Shown: piece by piece, positions 16,507-26,004 of the stretch
Layout: each line of letters opens with the position of its first letter
Numbering within the stretch: position 1 is the stretch's first letter
Virus record (IMG/VR): IMGVR_UViG_3300042564_002819
Span: 62,001 to 126,000 of that record
Length of the DNA stretch: 64,000 nt
Strand: one strand, 5' to 3'
Translations under genes and position numbers: made by a program
Notes under the pieces: generated by a model
Told to the model about the DNA's origin: nothing
The model's database searches: none
The model's input: the letters and a program-made list of their open reading frames with translations, nothing else

Positions 16507-17678
16507 TTTCTTGTATTTCCATAATGTATTGTATAATAATTATTGCACGGTGCAATATGTCTCCATGGATCTATCACTGTGCAACCTTCGGGCCACAATA
16601 TGTTTTCAACCCATTCTTCCCAATACCCGATTAAATAAACATCTGCGATAGGAAAAATAGTATCTCCTGTGTTTGGATCATAATACTGCACTGTACCACC
16701 GTGCTTTTCAATATAATGTCCTGTTAACATACTCGACGAGCCTATAGTATAAGAAACTCCCGGTTTATAAGCTTTGCCTACAATGCATACATTGTTTCCA
16801 ACAGTTAAACAACGTTTAGCTATATTTTCTGCTTGAATCTCTCTTGCTGTCATAATAGAATCAAAAAGATCATAACCTAAATCAAGTTTTTCAGCAAGAT
16901 ATCTAAGAGCAATGTTGTCTCTAGGATGACAAGCACCTCCGTCGCCCATTCCTGCTTTCATATATCCAGGGCCCATAATCCTGCGTGTTGACTTTGTTAA
17001 TGCATCTGTGACTATATCTACATTGATGTTACCGTTGCGTTCAGCAACATCCTGTATCATATTAACTAACCCTAATTTTGCAGAAATAAAAGTATTATAA
17101 AAAATCTTAATACTTTCTGCTTCATCCCATGTTCCTACTTCATATCTAGGATTATTTTCCATTATAGGTTTATAAAATTCAATTAATTCTTGTGCGTCAG
17201 TTGTTAGACTGCCATCTTTGGTACCGATAATAACCATTTCAGGATTTATCATATCCCATTTTACAGTACCCATTGCTATTAAATACGGATTATATATAAA
17301 TCTTGCATTGTTTATTAAATCTATAAAATGCGTTCTAACAGTTCCTGGTAAAACTGTGCTTATTAACACTACTAGTTGAGATTTGTTAACATATCTATTA
17401 ACTTCTGTTAATACTTCTTTAACTATAGTATAGTCAAAGTCTTTATTAGGTAAATGACTAGTCGGAGTTTCGCCGCCGTATTCAGATTCATGCGGGGTAG
17501 GAACAGCAATAAAAATTATATCACGATCTGCAACTGCTTCTTTAATAGTCGATGCCATATTGAAATTTTTAGGAGATCTTGTTTCAATGTCATATCCTAT
17601 TACATTGTAAAATTCGGCTATTACTTCGGCACAATCTTGTCCGAGCTTGCCACATCCTATCATTGCTACGTTCTTCAT
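16503..17678 (-). CDS. UDP-glucose/GDP-mannose dehydrogenase family protein (atypical)
   Basis: GCGKLG, AVPTP, STVLPGT, KIFYNTF, GGACHPRD (catalytic Cys), GKAYKP. Confidence 0.88.
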   Translation of the reverse strand: MKNVAMIGCGKLGQDCAEVIAEFYNVIGYDIETRSPKNFNMASTIKEAVADRDIIFIAVPTPHESEYGGETPTSHLPNKDFDYTIVKEVLTEVNRYVNKSQLVVLISTVLPGTVRTHFIDLINNARFIYNPYLIAMGTVKWDMINPEMVIIGTKDGSLTTDAQELIEFYKPIMENNPRYEVGTWDEAESIKIFYNTFISAKLGLVNMIQDVAERNGNINVDIVTDALTKSTRRIMGPGYMKAGMGDGGACHPRDNIALRYLAEKLDLGYDLFDSIMTAREIQAENIAKRCLTVGNNVCIVGKAYKPGVSYTIGSSSMLTGHYIEKHGGTVQYYDPNTGDTIFPIADVYLIGYWEEWVENILWPEGCTVIDPWRHIAPCNNYYTIHYGNTRK

Positions 17679-19738
17679 TTTTGTTCCTCGTTTATGTTAG
17701 TGTTTAAAATACAAAAATACTTGTTTAATCTTCCGTGATCAGTAAGTGGTGCCGGTTGAATTTTTTTGAGACAGTTTTTTATTTCACTAGGTATAAAACT
17801 TCTATCGTTAATTATTTTTAGAAAATTTCGATAATTAAATTCTATTTTTGGTTTTAACAAATCATATACTTCTCTGAAGTTAGTTATTTTACTAACTGTT
17901 TCTATATTTTTTACATATAAATGAGCACGCTCATCTATATCAGCTACATCATCGAAGGTATAATCTATTATTTCGTCGTACAAAACAAATCCTAACTTTT
18001 GTAAATACTTATTAAAATGCATCGACGAAAGTGTTACAAACGGTTTTTCTAAAATAATAGGCGTTATAGTTTTTTCACTAATCATTATTGTTTCATGTGA
18101 GCATTCTGTAACAAAATCAAATAAACTTTCGTGGTACTGATGCGGAAGTAAAAACGAGTCAAGTTTTGTATCAAAATCGTCATCAATTTTTTTAACAGTA
18201 TTATCAAAATATTTAAATTCAAAATTAGAATTTTCTTTTAAAAAGTTATGCCAAGTTACAATTCCTTTATCAAATAAATTATATTTCGAAATGTAATCTA
18301 TTGTATAGCATCGATGTAAGTGCCCACGATTATTAAAACACACAAACGGATACAAAAAATTCTTATTGTTTTTTAATTCTTTTATATTACGAGGTTTTAA
18401 TACTGATAAAGTATAATTAAACCAATATGTAGGATAATGTTTTAATTTAAAATTTTTAATGCCAAAACTATTTACTAGATCTGTAAGATATTTGGATTCA
18501 GGTGCACCTGTAATCCAAATAACACTAACATTATAGGAATTTACTACGTCAACAAATTCTTTAGTAACCCAAGGGTGCCATTCGTTTTCTCCATAGATCG
18601 TAACTAATTCAGGTTTTGTATTTTTAATACTTTGAATTAAATTGTCATAGTTAAAGTTATGCCACAAGTCTGCTTCGAGCTCGTAAACTTTGTGTTTATA
18701 GTGATCTATATTAATATTATAAATTTTAAACTTAGAAAAAAACTCTAAAAGTTCTCTGTTATATTCGCTTACTTGAGTTTGTTTTTTAAGATTAATATTA
18801 ACAAATGTTTTTACAATCTTAGGAACATAGTTGTCTGATTTTGTTATATCCAATGCTAGACTTTTATTGTAATCAATTTTCTCTTTTATTTTATTATATA
18901 AGTCATTCAAGTTATTTTTTTGATCAATAACGTTAGTTACATTTACCATTAACTTTTGTATGCGTTTTTCAACATCGGGTTCTGAATCGAACGAATAATC
19001 AAAAATTTCGTCATATAGTTTAAATCCTAGATCTTCAAGATTTTTATGATAGTACTGAGACCCAAGAGTTAATGTAGGTAATCCACATAAGATAGGATTA
19101 GCAGTTTTTTCAGACAAAAGAAATGTATCAGTAGTAGTTTCTGTTGGAATATGCAAAAAAGATTCCAAAAAAGTTTTATTAAAATGATAACTAGAAAAAT
19201 GATTTTCAAACCCGTCTCCGGATAGTAATATCTCCCCTGTATAATATTTCCAATTTTCTTTTAACTCGTTATTAGGAATTTGCTGGTACGATACTATGCC
19301 TTTATCAAGATAGTTATTTTTTGCTAATTCATCTATCCATTGTGTTCTATGAAGTCGAGTACGACCATTAAACGTTAAAAAAGGATTTACAAAATTAAAT
19401 TTGTAATTTTCAATATTATTAAAAAGATCATTATTTTTTTCAAGTTCTTTAGCAGTTTTTAAAAACCAAAACGTCGGCCATGTAATAACTTTTTTTATTA
19501 AATCCTTATTAATTCCGGTCTTAAGTACATTAGAAAAAAGCCATTTTTTGTCTTTTACACAAACTACAACAGTTATTGTAATTAAATTTTCATTGATATA
19601 ATCAACTATTTTTTTTGTTAGATTTAATTCATATTCGTGCATATAAAAAAAATTTATATGTTTTAAATTTTTTATTTTTATATAGTTGTATAATTCGTCA
19701 TCGACAAATTCCCATGCATAAATTGTATTATCGATCAT
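17675..19738 (-). CDS. Two-domain EKT-motif protein (putative glycosyltransferase, internal duplication)
   Basis: Both halves contain PF..FN.R..LHR, DKGIV, SEKT..PI and LGF.LYDEI.DY.FD. Confidence 0.55.
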   Translation of the reverse strand: MIDNTIYAWEFVDDELYNYIKIKNLKHINFFYMHEYELNLTKKIVDYINENLITITVVVCVKDKKWLFSNVLKTGINKDLIKKVITWPTFWFLKTAKELEKNNDLFNNIENYKFNFVNPFLTFNGRTRLHRTQWIDELAKNNYLDKGIVSYQQIPNNELKENWKYYTGEILLSGDGFENHFSSYHFNKTFLESFLHIPTETTTDTFLLSEKTANPILCGLPTLTLGSQYYHKNLEDLGFKLYDEIFDYSFDSEPDVEKRIQKLMVNVTNVIDQKNNLNDLYNKIKEKIDYNKSLALDITKSDNYVPKIVKTFVNINLKKQTQVSEYNRELLEFFSKFKIYNINIDHYKHKVYELEADLWHNFNYDNLIQSIKNTKPELVTIYGENEWHPWVTKEFVDVVNSYNVSVIWITGAPESKYLTDLVNSFGIKNFKLKHYPTYWFNYTLSVLKPRNIKELKNNKNFLYPFVCFNNRGHLHRCYTIDYISKYNLFDKGIVTWHNFLKENSNFEFKYFDNTVKKIDDDFDTKLDSFLLPHQYHESLFDFVTECSHETIMISEKTITPIILEKPFVTLSSMHFNKYLQKLGFVLYDEIIDYTFDDVADIDERAHLYVKNIETVSKITNFREVYDLLKPKIEFNYRNFLKIINDRSFIPSEIKNCLKKIQPAPLTDHGRLNKYFCILNTNINEEQK

Positions 19739-21653
19739 TTACTTTTGTTATCCACGATTTTCCAAAATTTCGCCGTCTAGCAAAAAATATTTGTTCACAA
19801 AACTTTTGTAGACTAATATCTTTATCCTCAGGAAAATCAAATTTGTATCTTACTTTATTTTTTAAAATTTCGTTAGATTGTATGTATCCTATAAAGTCAA
19901 AGTCAAAATTTAAAATCTTTGGATAGTGTGTTGTTTGAGAATAGTCAATAATATAATTTCTTTGCAATTGTATTAATTGATCCGAGAGTTCTTTATCTAA
20001 GTCGAAATTTTCTTTTAAAAATTTATCTATTAAATCAAATACATGTTGACTTTTATTTTCGCTATGAATATTAATTATGGTACTGTGAATCAAATTCCAA
20101 CCATGTATTTCAATTCCTTGAATAGGAACATGATTTATTAAACCGTAATCTGACCAATTTTTATAATGTTTTCTAATTCTATTAATTTCAGAATTAAGCC
20201 AAGGATCTTGTTTTATATAATCAAAAAGCTTTTCATAAAAATCTTCGTACAAAACATTTGAATGCTTATAAAGAAATCTGCTAATATAATTAGTTATACC
20301 GTTGATGTGAAAGGTATTCATAAACCAACTAAAAACTTGAGCATCTAGCATTGTTTCTATTGGTAAATCTTTAGTAGAAATTACAACTTCTACTCCTTCT
20401 TTTAATTCATTTTCATTATATGTTCCAACAAGATAATCGTAAACAATTCTACCTTTTAAATTGTACTCTTCTCTTTGTACCAGATTCATTTCAGCATTTT
20501 CAAGAAGCTGTGCTTGATAGATTGTTATTCCTGTGTGATTTCCTGCTCTATATAGTTTATAAAAGTTGTCTTTCCAAGATTTTAGTGTTTCGCCAGGTAG
20601 GCCTAGAATTAATTCTGTGTACAGAGGAATGTTGCTTTCTTCGCAAAGTTCAAAAACTTCTTCAATTTTGTTTGTATCGAGATTTTTTCTTTTTATGATT
20701 TCAAGAACATTTTCATCCATAGTTTGTACACTTAGATTTAACCCTATCTTAGCACCGCCATCATAGATTAATTTTTTAACAATATCAACTATTTCTTTTT
20801 TTTGATTTTTTGCCCAGCTTATTGTATAAGCTTTTGGATTATTATAGGTTTTTTGAACTTCTATTAATTTGTCGGCTATTAACGAATCTCTGTCTGGAAA
20901 TATTCCAAAATTGGCATCGGTTATACTAACAAAATCGCATCGATTTTCGCCGATCCATTCGAGCTCCTTGTAAACCCTTTCAAGGTCAAACTTTTTAACT
21001 TTGTTGTATGTTAAACTACCCCAGTCACAGAATGTACAAGCATACGGACAGCCTCTATTAGTTTCTAAAGTTGCGTTCCATGTTATCTCAGGATACTTTT
21101 TCATTAAGTTGTCAAATATCCCAATTAAATAAGGACTAGGAATTTCGTCTAATTCATTTATTCTTAAACTCGGCCCTGTGTCAATTGTTTTATTATCAAC
21201 ATTAACTAAGAGTCCTGGTATTTTTAATATTTCTTCTTTGCTGCTAGCTTCTAACAACTTCTTAAAAGATATTTCGCCTTCTTGTTTAAAACAAACGTCA
21301 ATATAAGGATAAATTTCAAAAAAATTAGGATTTTCAATTGACGGTTCAGGCCCGCCGAACAATATCATTATATCAGGATTTATTTTTTTTAGTTCTCTTG
21401 CTAAAACATTATTATAGCTTTTATTCCATATATAAGTGCTAAATCCTACTATAGAAGAATCTTTTAACTGTTCAACTGCTTCTTCTATAGGGTCTCTTCT
21501 CCAAATAAAGTCACCCAAGTAATAATTATTTTTTATACTTTCAAATTGTTGTGCATATGCCCATACAACCGCAGGACTGTATGGAAGATAATATGCATTA
21601 AATTCCTTAGGACCTTGCTGAAAGTTCGGGCTTACAAAACTTACTTTTTTCAT
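19728..21653 (-). CDS. Cobalamin-binding radical SAM protein (class B methyltransferase-like)
   Basis: N-terminal B12-binding-type VGFSTYIWN...LFGGPEP...EGE; ETNRGCPYACTFCDWG; DANFG; ILGLPGET. Confidence 0.88.
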   Translation of the reverse strand: MKKVSFVSPNFQQGPKEFNAYYLPYSPAVVWAYAQQFESIKNNYYLGDFIWRRDPIEEAVEQLKDSSIVGFSTYIWNKSYNNVLARELKKINPDIMILFGGPEPSIENPNFFEIYPYIDVCFKQEGEISFKKLLEASSKEEILKIPGLLVNVDNKTIDTGPSLRINELDEIPSPYLIGIFDNLMKKYPEITWNATLETNRGCPYACTFCDWGSLTYNKVKKFDLERVYKELEWIGENRCDFVSITDANFGIFPDRDSLIADKLIEVQKTYNNPKAYTISWAKNQKKEIVDIVKKLIYDGGAKIGLNLSVQTMDENVLEIIKRKNLDTNKIEEVFELCEESNIPLYTELILGLPGETLKSWKDNFYKLYRAGNHTGITIYQAQLLENAEMNLVQREEYNLKGRIVYDYLVGTYNENELKEGVEVVISTKDLPIETMLDAQVFSWFMNTFHINGITNYISRFLYKHSNVLYEDFYEKLFDYIKQDPWLNSEINRIRKHYKNWSDYGLINHVPIQGIEIHGWNLIHSTIINIHSENKSQHVFDLIDKFLKENFDLDKELSDQLIQLQRNYIIDYSQTTHYPKILNFDFDFIGYIQSNEILKNKVRYKFDFPEDKDISLQKFCEQIFFARRRNFGKSWITKVNDR

Positions 21654-22912
21654 CGTTGTTTATATTTTCCTGAAAATATTTCTTCTACAGTATTAAACAA
21701 TCTTTTGTGAGATTCATATACATAATCATGTTGCATATAATTTAGTTGATTTTGTTTTACCATTTTTAATGATTCTCTAATAAAAGACTCTTTGTGTTTT
21801 CTACTTGTATTTACCCACTTGGTCAACGACTCATGTGCTGCATAAAATCTATCAACTGGACTTTGAATATCATCATACGATTGATCTAACCCAGGAAAGT
21901 CTGTTTGATAGCCCATACTTCTTAATTCTTTTAAAATATTGTATTGTCCTAGAATTATAAACGGATGACCGGCAACAATCGGTTTAAATGTTTTTTCAGT
22001 AATAAACATTCCCGGTTGTTGAAATGCTGTTTCTGTTACAAAACTTAATAAACTATTTTTATAAATAGAATGATTAAAAATTGTTTCGTTGTTAAAGTCT
22101 GGATTTTCTACTGTAAAATCTTTGTCAACAATTAACGGTAAGTTTTTTGTTAACGTATTTTTATATTGATCATCATCTATATTTAACACTGTACTCGGAG
22201 GTACTTGAGTACTATTAGGATCATTACGATAATTACCGCTTACTAATCCATGTTGTGCAAGATTTTTTGTAATCAAATAATACAAATGATCAATTCTATG
22301 ATTTCTAGCTGTTCTATTTAAACTATTAAAGTCTTTTGAGTCCGATGACTTTAAAGCATCAAGTATCAATGGTTGCTTTGGAATGCGATCTTGAAAATAG
22401 AAAAATCCTGTTAAAAAGTATACATGTGCAACACTTTGTTTCTGTCTATTATTAATACACCATTGCTCGTATTGACTTGAGAACCATGAATTATTGTCTA
22501 CTAATATCACGCTGTATCTAGGAAGATGTAAATTTTTTATTGCCTCATGAAGTTCAAAAAATCCATCAACTAATCCGTTAATTGTTTCTCTAATTAAAGG
22601 AAACCCTTCTGACTGATTGTCAATGACTATAAGAACTTTTCCTTTTCTAGCTGCCTGAATAACGTCTAAAGGTATTTCATATAATACATGTCTAGGAGGA
22701 CCGTAGCGTTCTTTTCCAGACCAAGTTTCAGCATAACATCTTACACTAACAAGATATATACCCGGATTATCGTATTCATTTGTTTCTGCAATTTCAAAAC
22801 CTGCTTGCTTAAAAGAATGAAATGCGTTAGTATTGTCAAACGTAAGAGGGTGCGGTCCATCTGATAATTCATGCAAGTTGCTATGATTTAGGTCGTCGAC
22901 ATAGAATCTCAT
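21650..22912 (-). CDS. EKT-motif protein (putative GT10-like glycosyltransferase)
   Basis: FNSLNRTARNHR, VTET...FITEKTFKPI...HPFIILG...DQSYD. Confidence 0.55.
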   Translation of the reverse strand: MRFYVDDLNHSNLHELSDGPHPLTFDNTNAFHSFKQAGFEIAETNEYDNPGIYLVSVRCYAETWSGKERYGPPRHVLYEIPLDVIQAARKGKVLIVIDNQSEGFPLIRETINGLVDGFFELHEAIKNLHLPRYSVILVDNNSWFSSQYEQWCINNRQKQSVAHVYFLTGFFYFQDRIPKQPLILDALKSSDSKDFNSLNRTARNHRIDHLYYLITKNLAQHGLVSGNYRNDPNSTQVPPSTVLNIDDDQYKNTLTKNLPLIVDKDFTVENPDFNNETIFNHSIYKNSLLSFVTETAFQQPGMFITEKTFKPIVAGHPFIILGQYNILKELRSMGYQTDFPGLDQSYDDIQSPVDRFYAAHESLTKWVNTSRKHKESFIRESLKMVKQNQLNYMQHDYVYESHKRLFNTVEEIFSGKYKQR

Positions 22913-23874
22913 TATTTACTTTTTTCTATTTGTTCAAGTATCCACTTGTAAGTTTTTAACAATCCGTTTTCTAAATTATCCGGAGGAGACCAATTTAGTT
23001 GTTCTTTGATTAACTGATTATGACTTGTTCTTCCTGCTACTCCTATAGGACCGTCAACGTTTTTTATTTGTATATTTTTGTTTGTTAGTCTTCCTACTAG
23101 CATTGCTAACTCGTTAATGGAAATCATTCTTTCGCTACCTAAGTTTAAAGGAAGACTGTAATCTCCGTCTACAATTTTTTTAATTCCAACAATACATTCA
23201 TCTATATACAAATAACTACGAGTTTGTGTTCCTGGGCCCCATACTTCGATCTCTCCTGTTTCTGTTTCAGCAACTTTTCTACATATTGCAGCAGGAGACT
23301 TTTCTTTGCCACCAGTCCAAGAACTTTCTGGACCAAAGACATTATGAAATCTTGCTATTCGAACACGTATTCCATAGTTTTTAGCAAATGACAAAAACAA
23401 ACGCTCACTAAACAACTTTTCCCAGCCGTATTCGGAATCAGGATTTGCAGGATATGCACTGTCTTCACTTAAAAGAGGATTGGACGGATCTGCTTGATTA
23501 TGTTCAGGATACATGCAGGCACTGCTAGAATAAAAAATTCTGTTAACTCCCTTTTCTACCATTTCTCTAAGTATATTAAGATTAATTATAGAACTATTAT
23601 ACATAATATTTGCATCGTTGTCGCCTGTAAATATGTATCCAGCACCACCCATATCGGCTGCAAGTTGATAAATTTCATATAAATCGCTTGTAACTATCTT
23701 ACTTACATGTTCTTGATTTCTTAAATCAGCTATATGAAATTCGTCGGCAGTTGTTTGAGAAAATTCAGGATATCTTAAATCTACTCCTATTACATAAAAA
23801 CCTTGACTTTTTAAATCATTGACTAAGTGTACACCGATAAACCCGCCTGCACCGCAGACTAAAACTTTTTTCAT
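22912..23874 (-). CDS. NAD-dependent epimerase, GDP-mannose 3,5-epimerase-like
   Basis: GAGGFIG, LAADMGGAGYI, SSACMYP, YGWEK, RFHNVFGP, GGKEKSPAAICRK and QTRS closely follow the GME signature. Confidence 0.88.
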   Translation of the reverse strand: MKKVLVCGAGGFIGVHLVNDLKSQGFYVIGVDLRYPEFSQTTADEFHIADLRNQEHVSKIVTSDLYEIYQLAADMGGAGYIFTGDNDANIMYNSSIINLNILREMVEKGVNRIFYSSSACMYPEHNQADPSNPLLSEDSAYPANPDSEYGWEKLFSERLFLSFAKNYGIRVRIARFHNVFGPESSWTGGKEKSPAAICRKVAETETGEIEVWGPGTQTRSYLYIDECIVGIKKIVDGDYSLPLNLGSERMISINELAMLVGRLTNKNIQIKNVDGPIGVAGRTSHNQLIKEQLNWSPPDNLENGLLKTYKWILEQIEKSK

Positions 23875-25169
23875 ATATTTGCACCGTACTTTTCTACAAA
23901 GTTATTTAATTCAATAGGTTTTAAATTTGCAAGATTTTTGAAATTATATTCTCTTATTTCTTTCGTTCTTGCATAAAATGTGTGTAATTCCATAGGACTC
24001 CATTTTGAAATAGTTCTACAGAGCGAAATTATCTTTTTCATTCTTTTTTTAGGGTCTGATTCATTATCGTAGCCTTCATCCCAGAAATCCGAAAACGTTT
24101 GAAATCCTAATTTTCTTAAAGATTCTAAAGTTTTTGCTGGACCAACAATAATAAAAGGTTGTTTAAAAATTATAGGTTTAATAGTTTTTTCAGTCATATG
24201 TATGATGTTATTCTCAAAGTTAGTTTCAGAAACTATACTTATATAAGTTTTATCATACCAACTTATTGTGTCCTCAAGTCGATCTTCCATAGGAAATCTT
24301 GAAAAGTCGTGAGTATCTAAAACATAGGGCAACGAATCGTACACTTGGTATAACTCGTCAATCTTTAATCTTATATCGTATTCTGCTACTGCCCGTTGTG
24401 CGTCGTGAATCCAATGTTCCACTGGAACATCTCTTGAAAAACTCATATGTGTACGTTTTAGCAAATCATGCTCAAAAAACTTTAATAATAAAATGTATCT
24501 ATGCAATCTGTGACGTCTATTGAAATTTAGAAATAATTTTTCTTTTTTAACATTTGCATCTGTTCTCTTTGAGAATACAGGATCTTTGCATACCACACGT
24601 TGCTGCAAGACATATAATCCTGCATATTCACAGTTTATTCTTTCTTCGATACAATATTTATTGCAATATTTTTCATAAATTTCTTGTGAATTTGCACAAT
24701 TATTTAAGTATATTACTTTATTCAAAGGTATTTGATTTTCTTTAAAATAATCATGTATACTTTTAAAAGTTGCATTATCAACAAAGCTTTCATATTTGTT
24801 AGAAAGTAAAATAAAACCATTCCTATTTCTTACAGCATCTAAAACAGTTTGGCTTACAGGAGTTGTTTGAAAAACACCCAAGTGACTGTTTAATGTAATT
24901 TCTGTAAAAAACTTTCTAGGAGAAAGTAATATTTCATACATAAATGGAGTGTCTCCAAGACTTTCAACGTCGTACGAAGGAACAAATCTACATTTAACAT
25001 AATCTTTTATTAACATCGAAATCGGATCTTGCTCATCTGTTACAGAATTGCTGTCCCATCTTAAATACGGCAATCGTTTTATTAAATCATACAGGTCCGG
25101 TACCTTGTAGTTATTCAACGGACCTTCTGGTCCTATCCAGTCATATACAAAAACCAGTTCTTTATTCAT
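23871..25169 (-). CDS. EKT-motif protein (putative GT10-like glycosyltransferase)
   Basis: FLNFNRRHRLHR, VSET...MTEKTIKPI..KQPFII.G...GFQTF..FWDEGYD. Probable start ATG 25169 after AGGA (ORF track 25187). Confidence 0.55.
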   Translation of the reverse strand: MNKELVFVYDWIGPEGPLNNYKVPDLYDLIKRLPYLRWDSNSVTDEQDPISMLIKDYVKCRFVPSYDVESLGDTPFMYEILLSPRKFFTEITLNSHLGVFQTTPVSQTVLDAVRNRNGFILLSNKYESFVDNATFKSIHDYFKENQIPLNKVIYLNNCANSQEIYEKYCNKYCIEERINCEYAGLYVLQQRVVCKDPVFSKRTDANVKKEKLFLNFNRRHRLHRYILLLKFFEHDLLKRTHMSFSRDVPVEHWIHDAQRAVAEYDIRLKIDELYQVYDSLPYVLDTHDFSRFPMEDRLEDTISWYDKTYISIVSETNFENNIIHMTEKTIKPIIFKQPFIIVGPAKTLESLRKLGFQTFSDFWDEGYDNESDPKKRMKKIISLCRTISKWSPMELHTFYARTKEIREYNFKNLANLKPIELNNFVEKYGANI

Positions 25170-26004
25170 AGTCATTCCTACAGTCAAGTGCTTTTTTAAA
25201 ATTTAATAATTTTTGATTTGTTGAAAGTCTTTTTTCTAACATAATTAAATTAATCTGTGTTTGAAAGTCAAAATTTGTCATTACTTCGTCGACATATTCT
25301 TCCATTTTTACAATATTTAAATCTAATATTTTTAAAGATACTATTTCTTTAATATACATTAGTGTGTAATTTGTTAATGGGTGATCGTCGTGATAGTGTT
25401 GCATTTTTTTATCATTGTCTACATAGTAACAATTTTTTATTGGCATTTTTTTACTACGAAAAAAAACCGTCATTGTTTTACTATCAATAAAATGATTTTT
25501 ATATAATGAGAGCTTTTTAATTAACGAATTATAAAAATAAGAAAGAGTTGTATCTATAAACAATTTTGAAATTTCGTTAGAATAAACCATACTATCAGGA
25601 GACATAAACATAAAATACCATTTACAACCTGTATTTTCTAATAAATTTATTAAATTAACCATATACGTTAGTGTTTTTATTATTGAAGTTTTATCTGAAA
25701 TTAAAAAATCTAATTTAGCTTTTGTTAACTGTTCAGATGTTAAACTTCCTAAACACACCCAATCTCCATTTTCATTGATGTAATCAGTTCTGTTTGGTTC
25801 TGTCCACTGTATTATTACCGTATCAGTATTTTTTACTTTATTACTGAGTAATACGTTGGTTGCTTTGTGAAATATATAAAAATTTCCACATCCTGGATTT
25901 CCATAATTTTTTGTCACATTGTAACTTTGTGCCACAATGTCTGGCCACATCGGCCACGAATATTGAGCAAAACTGCATCCAAACGTATATAGGTTACCCT
26001 GCAT
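25162..26004 (-). CDS. SGNH-like protein
   Basis: FGCSFAQ, NYGNPGCGN, IQWT..NR.D, late DDHP; same motif layout as 12005..12850. Confidence 0.55.
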   Translation of the reverse strand: MQGNLYTFGCSFAQYSWPMWPDIVAQSYNVTKNYGNPGCGNFYIFHKATNVLLSNKVKNTDTVIIQWTEPNRTDYINENGDWVCLGSLTSEQLTKAKLDFLISDKTSIIKTLTYMVNLINLLENTGCKWYFMFMSPDSMVYSNEISKLFIDTTLSYFYNSLIKKLSLYKNHFIDSKTMTVFFRSKKMPIKNCYYVDNDKKMQHYHDDHPLTNYTLMYIKEIVSLKILDLNIVKMEEYVDEVMTNFDFQTQINLIMLEKRLSTNQKLLNFKKALDCRNDYE

